DNA from: Fistulifera solaris
Lineage: Eukaryota
Assembly: GCA_030295235.1 (NCBI GenBank)
Contig: AP026132.1
Coordinates: 1,054,001-1,118,000, forward strand
Length of the DNA stretch: 64,000 nucleotides
Reading direction: 5' to 3'
This document shows positions 59,923 through 64,000 of the stretch, piece after piece (positions within the stretch are counted from its first letter, which is position 1; each line of letters begins with the position of its first letter). A program made the translations under genes and the position numbers. The notes under the pieces are model-generated. The model was not told the DNA's origin. It was given only the letters and a program-made list of their open reading frames with translations, and ran no database searches.

Positions 59923-61601
59923 ATGTCGAATAATCATCCGTTGATGTCAGACAAGCAACGATCGACGTCGAGTCTCTCGATACACGTAAGTCCTCTTTTG
60001 CTGCGCATTTTCCCCTCCGTGTATGCGACTCATCATCACAATACACGACTTTCTTCTTGTTAGGTTCGATCACAACACACTCCATTGACGCTAAAAGAGC
60101 GTCTCAAGTTGAGAATACGGAATTTAGTAGCGACAACGACAAAAGCACGAACTGGCTCTGCCAAAAATAATGACGATCTCGAGGCGAATGGGGGCGCTGC
60201 TCGGAGCATACAATATCGTTTAGATCGAGAACAACCACCCGTGGGATTCCTTAAACGACTACTTACATGCAGGTTTGCGAGAAAAGTTCGATCGGGGGTC
60301 TCAACGCACGGAATGAGTGCGAATCAAACGTTGGCGATATATCTACATTGGATGTTTCGGTAAGACTGGGCATTTCACGTGTCGCCATTTATGCCACAAA
60401 AACGAATGAAACAATCTTTCTTACTCTGGTGTTCTTTATTCACAAAGAGTGAATTTTCTTTTTCTCTTTGGACTGATGTGGCTGGCTTTTGTCGGCCTGA
60501 CCATTGTATTCGCCGGCTTTATTGCCATTGCGGGGAAAATGGATCCCAACTGTGTGCAAGTCTCGGGGAATGACTTTTGGTGCAGCAGGGACTCCCTTTT
60601 CAGATGCGTTCGCTTTGAGTTGGACTACTTTCACGACTGTCGGATACGGAACCACGAATACTGCGTTGAGTCATAATCATTCCAATTTGTTCAAATGCTT
60701 TTGGGTCGATTTTGTATGTTCGGTGGAGGCTCTTTTGGGTATCATTTATTCCGGATTCTGCGGAGCGATTTTGTTCGGAAAAATTCTTCGTGTCCAGAGT
60801 TCTGCTCAAGTTGTTTTTAGCGATCCTCTACTCATCCGGTACGGCGCGGGTCTTACTACTGAATTCGAAGCCATGGCAGGGGACAGCACCGATAACGATA
60901 AAAGTCCTTGCCCGGTGCTAGAATTTCGCATTGTCAACAAACTGTACGGAGATATCGGAGGGGGAAATCATGGATGCCACGTTGAATGTTGTTGCAAGCG
61001 TAGGCAAAGATCACCTGAAGCCCATGTCGCAACGTTTCAGTCGCAAAAACTTGACATCCAACCACGGCCATTATGATTCCAACCACAGTTATGCATCTTC
61101 GGACATGGATGCCGACCCTTCGACACCGAATGGAGATTCTGCTGAAATCGGGGACACCTTTTCAAACTTTGACGAAGAAACGAACATCACCGACAAGCAT
61201 ATCTTTTCGAAAATGCACGTCGAGCCGAGCGATCATCCTTTTTCAAACGCGTGTGGCTTGTGAAACATGTGCTCGATCAAGATTCACCCATCTTGAAGCC
61301 TCGAGTCCGGCGCATGATTCGTCGAAATGGAGGACATTGGCCCCAAAAGCTCAATAGCTACACTTCCATCCGGGACAGTCTTCAATTCAATCAGATCTTG
61401 GTCAGCTTTAACGGAGTATCCAATGCCAGCTCGATTGATGTTTACGCCCAACGCATTTACGACTTCTACGATCTGAACATTGGCTACCAGTTTGTGAACA
61501 TTCTTTACCGGGATGAAGATGGTGCGGTTGGGGTGGACATTGATCTCATCAATGACGTTCGGGAGCAGAATGGAGGTGGTGGCGAGCCTCTATTGGAGTA
61601 A
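59923..61601 (+). CDS. Inward-rectifier (Kir)-like potassium channel, paralog 2
   Basis: YLHWMFR, pore SWTTFTTVGYG, EALLGIIYSGFCGAILFGKILR, VVFSDPLLI, LEFRIVN and WLVKHVLDQDSPIL. Introns near 59986-60064 and 60360-60448. Frame breaks. Confidence 0.85.
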
Positions 61602-61979
61602 GGCATCGTTCCAATCCTTTGAATGGATGGCCTCAACGTCAGAAATTGCTTAAGGAACGAGCGAAAAACGAATTGAAGAGATCTCGGAACCCATTATCAT
61701 ACTTTCAACTTTGGCGGATCGACTCGACATAGCGAAACAGGAATGCTGTTGAAGTAGGCAAAACTGTGTTAGGAAGCTTGATAAATTGGTTGCTGTTTGC
61801 AAAATGTATCAGCTTTCGCGAATCATACTTATGTACTAGTGCTAACATTAGATTGAAGAGTTTGCAGGCTACACGAACGTTCCGCTGGAAGAAGCGAATG
61901 TTTACTTGCTCATGAAACGTAGCTAAAACAAAGCACTGAGCTAGTATTCCGAATATCGTGGTTATATTAGTAGTGGCGA

Positions 61980-63155
61980 TCACTCGGAGACCAGTCGCAC
62001 AGTTGATGCCCCGCCGTGCTGGAAAGGCCGAGGATGAGCATCAAAGTTAGGGGCATCCGGAAAATAAATTTGCCGAAGTTGAAGTAAATCAGGAACCAAG
62101 TCGCGAATAAGCAGTTGCTCTATGTATATTCCATCCAAAACGCTCCCCGGCACAAAAGGGTCTTCCAACTGATAGATTGCTTCGAACAGGCTCGTTAATG
62201 CTAAGGATGTGATCACCGCAAAGGCTATCCCTGTGCCCAGTGAATTGAGCTCATGCGCTACTTGAGCGTAAAAGGGTGCATAAAAAGGTGGTAAAAAGAT
62301 GGAAAACAAGCGAGAAAAGCTCCGTAGTGCCTGCGGTGTTCGGTAGTTTTTGATCATGCGCAATCTCTCAAAGTATTGCAAGGATTCTCGCTCCCATTGA
62401 CGAATACGCGAGGACTCATTCCCCGGCATACCTTCCCGTTTGAGTACTTCACAACATTGCGAAAGCTTGGCATATCGTGCATTCATTGATCGGAAACTAT
62501 TTGTTGCTTTCGATAGAATCAACTTGGCTTCATTTTGATATAGGGGAAATATCTTGTGCCGAGCACGCGAACACGTCGGCAATGTCAAATAGTGCGTCGT
62601 ATCGGAAGCAATACCGAACAACTGTTCAAGGACGGCATCCGAATGTTTCCTCCAATCGACATTTGACTGCGCTCGACCCGACGGCTTCGGTTTGGAATCC
62701 CAATCCCAACTAGCGTGTGCTATGTACATTTGCAACAAAGTAGCCCGCAAATTTCCCAAATCGCGTAAAGCGTTTTCTCGCCTCCTAAAAGCCATACTGA
62801 TGACGGCAGTAATAGGAGTGACGACAGCGAAGGAAAGAAGGACCCAATTCATGATGTTGCCATTAAATTCGTCCATCTCTTCTGTTGCTCGATGGACATA
62901 AAGGGTCAAAGCAACACTCAGGGCAATGCTAATAAGGGATTCAATGGAAATGAGATAGAGAAGAAAGATAGTCAGCGACGCGAGAGAGTTCACTACGACC
63001 AAGTAAGCTGCTCGGCCGAGAGACGATGACGATTCGCCCCTGCGGCTTTCCGTCGCAGCGTTTTCGTCGATCGCACCATGATACGATTGCGCAATGTGTT
63101 CGACGGTTTCGTACGGCTTGGAGCTGCGATCCACTTCTTTCGGTAATGATGTCAT
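61980..63155 (-). CDS. Bestrophin-like (UPF0187-type) membrane protein
   Basis: Intact 391-aa ORF. N-terminal TMs followed by AFRRRENAL, then ERLRMIKNYRTPQALR, a TM hairpin and QLEDPF. Confidence 0.65.
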   Translation of the reverse strand: MTSLPKEVDRSSKPYETVEHIAQSYHGAIDENAATESRRGESSSSLGRAAYLVVVNSLASLTIFLLYLISIESLISIALSVALTLYVHRATEEMDEFNGNIMNWVLLSFAVVTPITAVISMAFRRRENALRDLGNLRATLLQMYIAHASWDWDSKPKPSGRAQSNVDWRKHSDAVLEQLFGIASDTTHYLTLPTCSRARHKIFPLYQNEAKLILSKATNSFRSMNARYAKLSQCCEVLKREGMPGNESSRIRQWERESLQYFERLRMIKNYRTPQALRSFSRLFSIFLPPFYAPFYAQVAHELNSLGTGIAFAVITSLALTSLFEAIYQLEDPFVPGSVLDGIYIEQLLIRDLVPDLLQLRQIYFPDAPNFDAHPRPFQHGGASTVRLVSE

Positions 63156-63304
63156 GATAAAAGACGATTAGAAAGACACTAATACATCATTGCGAAAACA
63201 GGAGAACGGGTATCATGTCGCAATCACTTTCATCGAACGGCGCAGAAAAAACTGAAAATGGCCTTTTACTGCGGAAATAAAAATGAGAGGCCGCGAACAG
63301 GAAG

Positions 63305-64000
63305 GCAAGACAGAAATTCTGTGGTGGTCCAGAAAATCTGGACCAGCTTGTTGATCTTACCAAAACGCTGCGGACATTCCAGAAATATAGGTACAGGGTA
63401 CCAGGTATTTAGGATCTTGACGACGGCCAGTAGCAGTGAGCGTTCCAGAGCTTCTGAACACGTCGTTTTCGATCAGAACGAAAGAAAGTGCTTGTTCCAA
63501 ATATTCTGGAAAAGTTACTTCTGTCATACAGAATATCTGTAGTGGTCCAGAAATTCTGGACCATTTTATTGGATCCTACCGAAATGCTGTGCACGCTCCA
63601 ATAATTTCAAAGAGGGTATTTGGGGTCCTAACCAAAGCCGGTGAGCGTTCCAGAGCCTTTGAACACGGTGTTTTCGATCAGAGCGAAAGAAAGTACTAAT
63701 TCCAGATATTCTGGAAAAGTTTCTTTTGTCATACAGAATTTCTGTAGTTGTCCAGAAATTCTGGACCAGTTTTTGGATCCTACCGAAATGCTGTGCACGT
63801 TCCAAACAATTTCAGAGAAGGTGTTTGGTATCATAACGAAAGCTGGGGAGCGTTTTAAAGCTTCTGAACACGTTGTTCTTGATCAGAACGAAAGAAAGTG
63901 CTAATTCCAGATATTCTGGAAAAGTTTCTTTTGTCATACAGAATTTCTGTAGTGGTCCAGAAATTCTGGACCAGTTTTTGGATCCTACCGAAATGCTGTG
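63305..64000. repeat. Tandem array of ~205-bp units, same family as 7248-8270, running off the window end
   Basis: CA(G/A)ATATTCTGGAAAAG at 63498, 63703 and 63908. Contains TGGTCCAGAAATTCTGGACCA. Confidence 0.95.

Noticed and set aside
72..61601. Programmed ribosomal frameshifting or mass pseudogenisation
   Set aside because: The checked breaks fall in assorted homopolymers with no common slippery or stop motif, and the genes are otherwise well conserved. Sequencing error is simpler.

Overview
Gene-dense eukaryotic nuclear DNA with short (about 60-95 bp) GT-AG introns and bipartite plastid-type presequences. It looks like a diatom (inference from gene content; species not determinable here). 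I can support about 24 protein-coding genes: a Dispatched/Patched-like RND protein, two 2OG-Fe(II) oxygenases, Cdt1-like, a PMP34-like carrier, SLD5, EMC2, a methyltransferase, a myosin, NOT1, an AAA_16/HstK-like ATPase, Hsp33, CXIP4-like, mitochondrial L21, a SUN protein, Pumilio, EPL1, two Kir-type channels, a bestrophin-like protein and several unknowns. Many CDSs are broken by single-base indels, mostly in homopolymer runs, most likely assembly errors. Main findings: (1) a dispersed, promoter-proximal repeat family built on the palindrome GGTCCAGAA-W-TTCTGGACC, present both as ~55-bp monomer arrays and as ~205-207-bp four-monomer higher-order repeats; (2) two near-identical 69-bp perfect hairpin elements upstream of NOT1 and EPL1; (3) a head-to-head pair of small, apparently plastid-targeted paralogs of no family I recognise; (4) a Kir/Kir/bestrophin-like channel cluster; (5) a 54-aa repeat protein with an RRxSL motif in most units. 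No rRNA, tRNA, CRISPR array or autonomous transposon was recognised.
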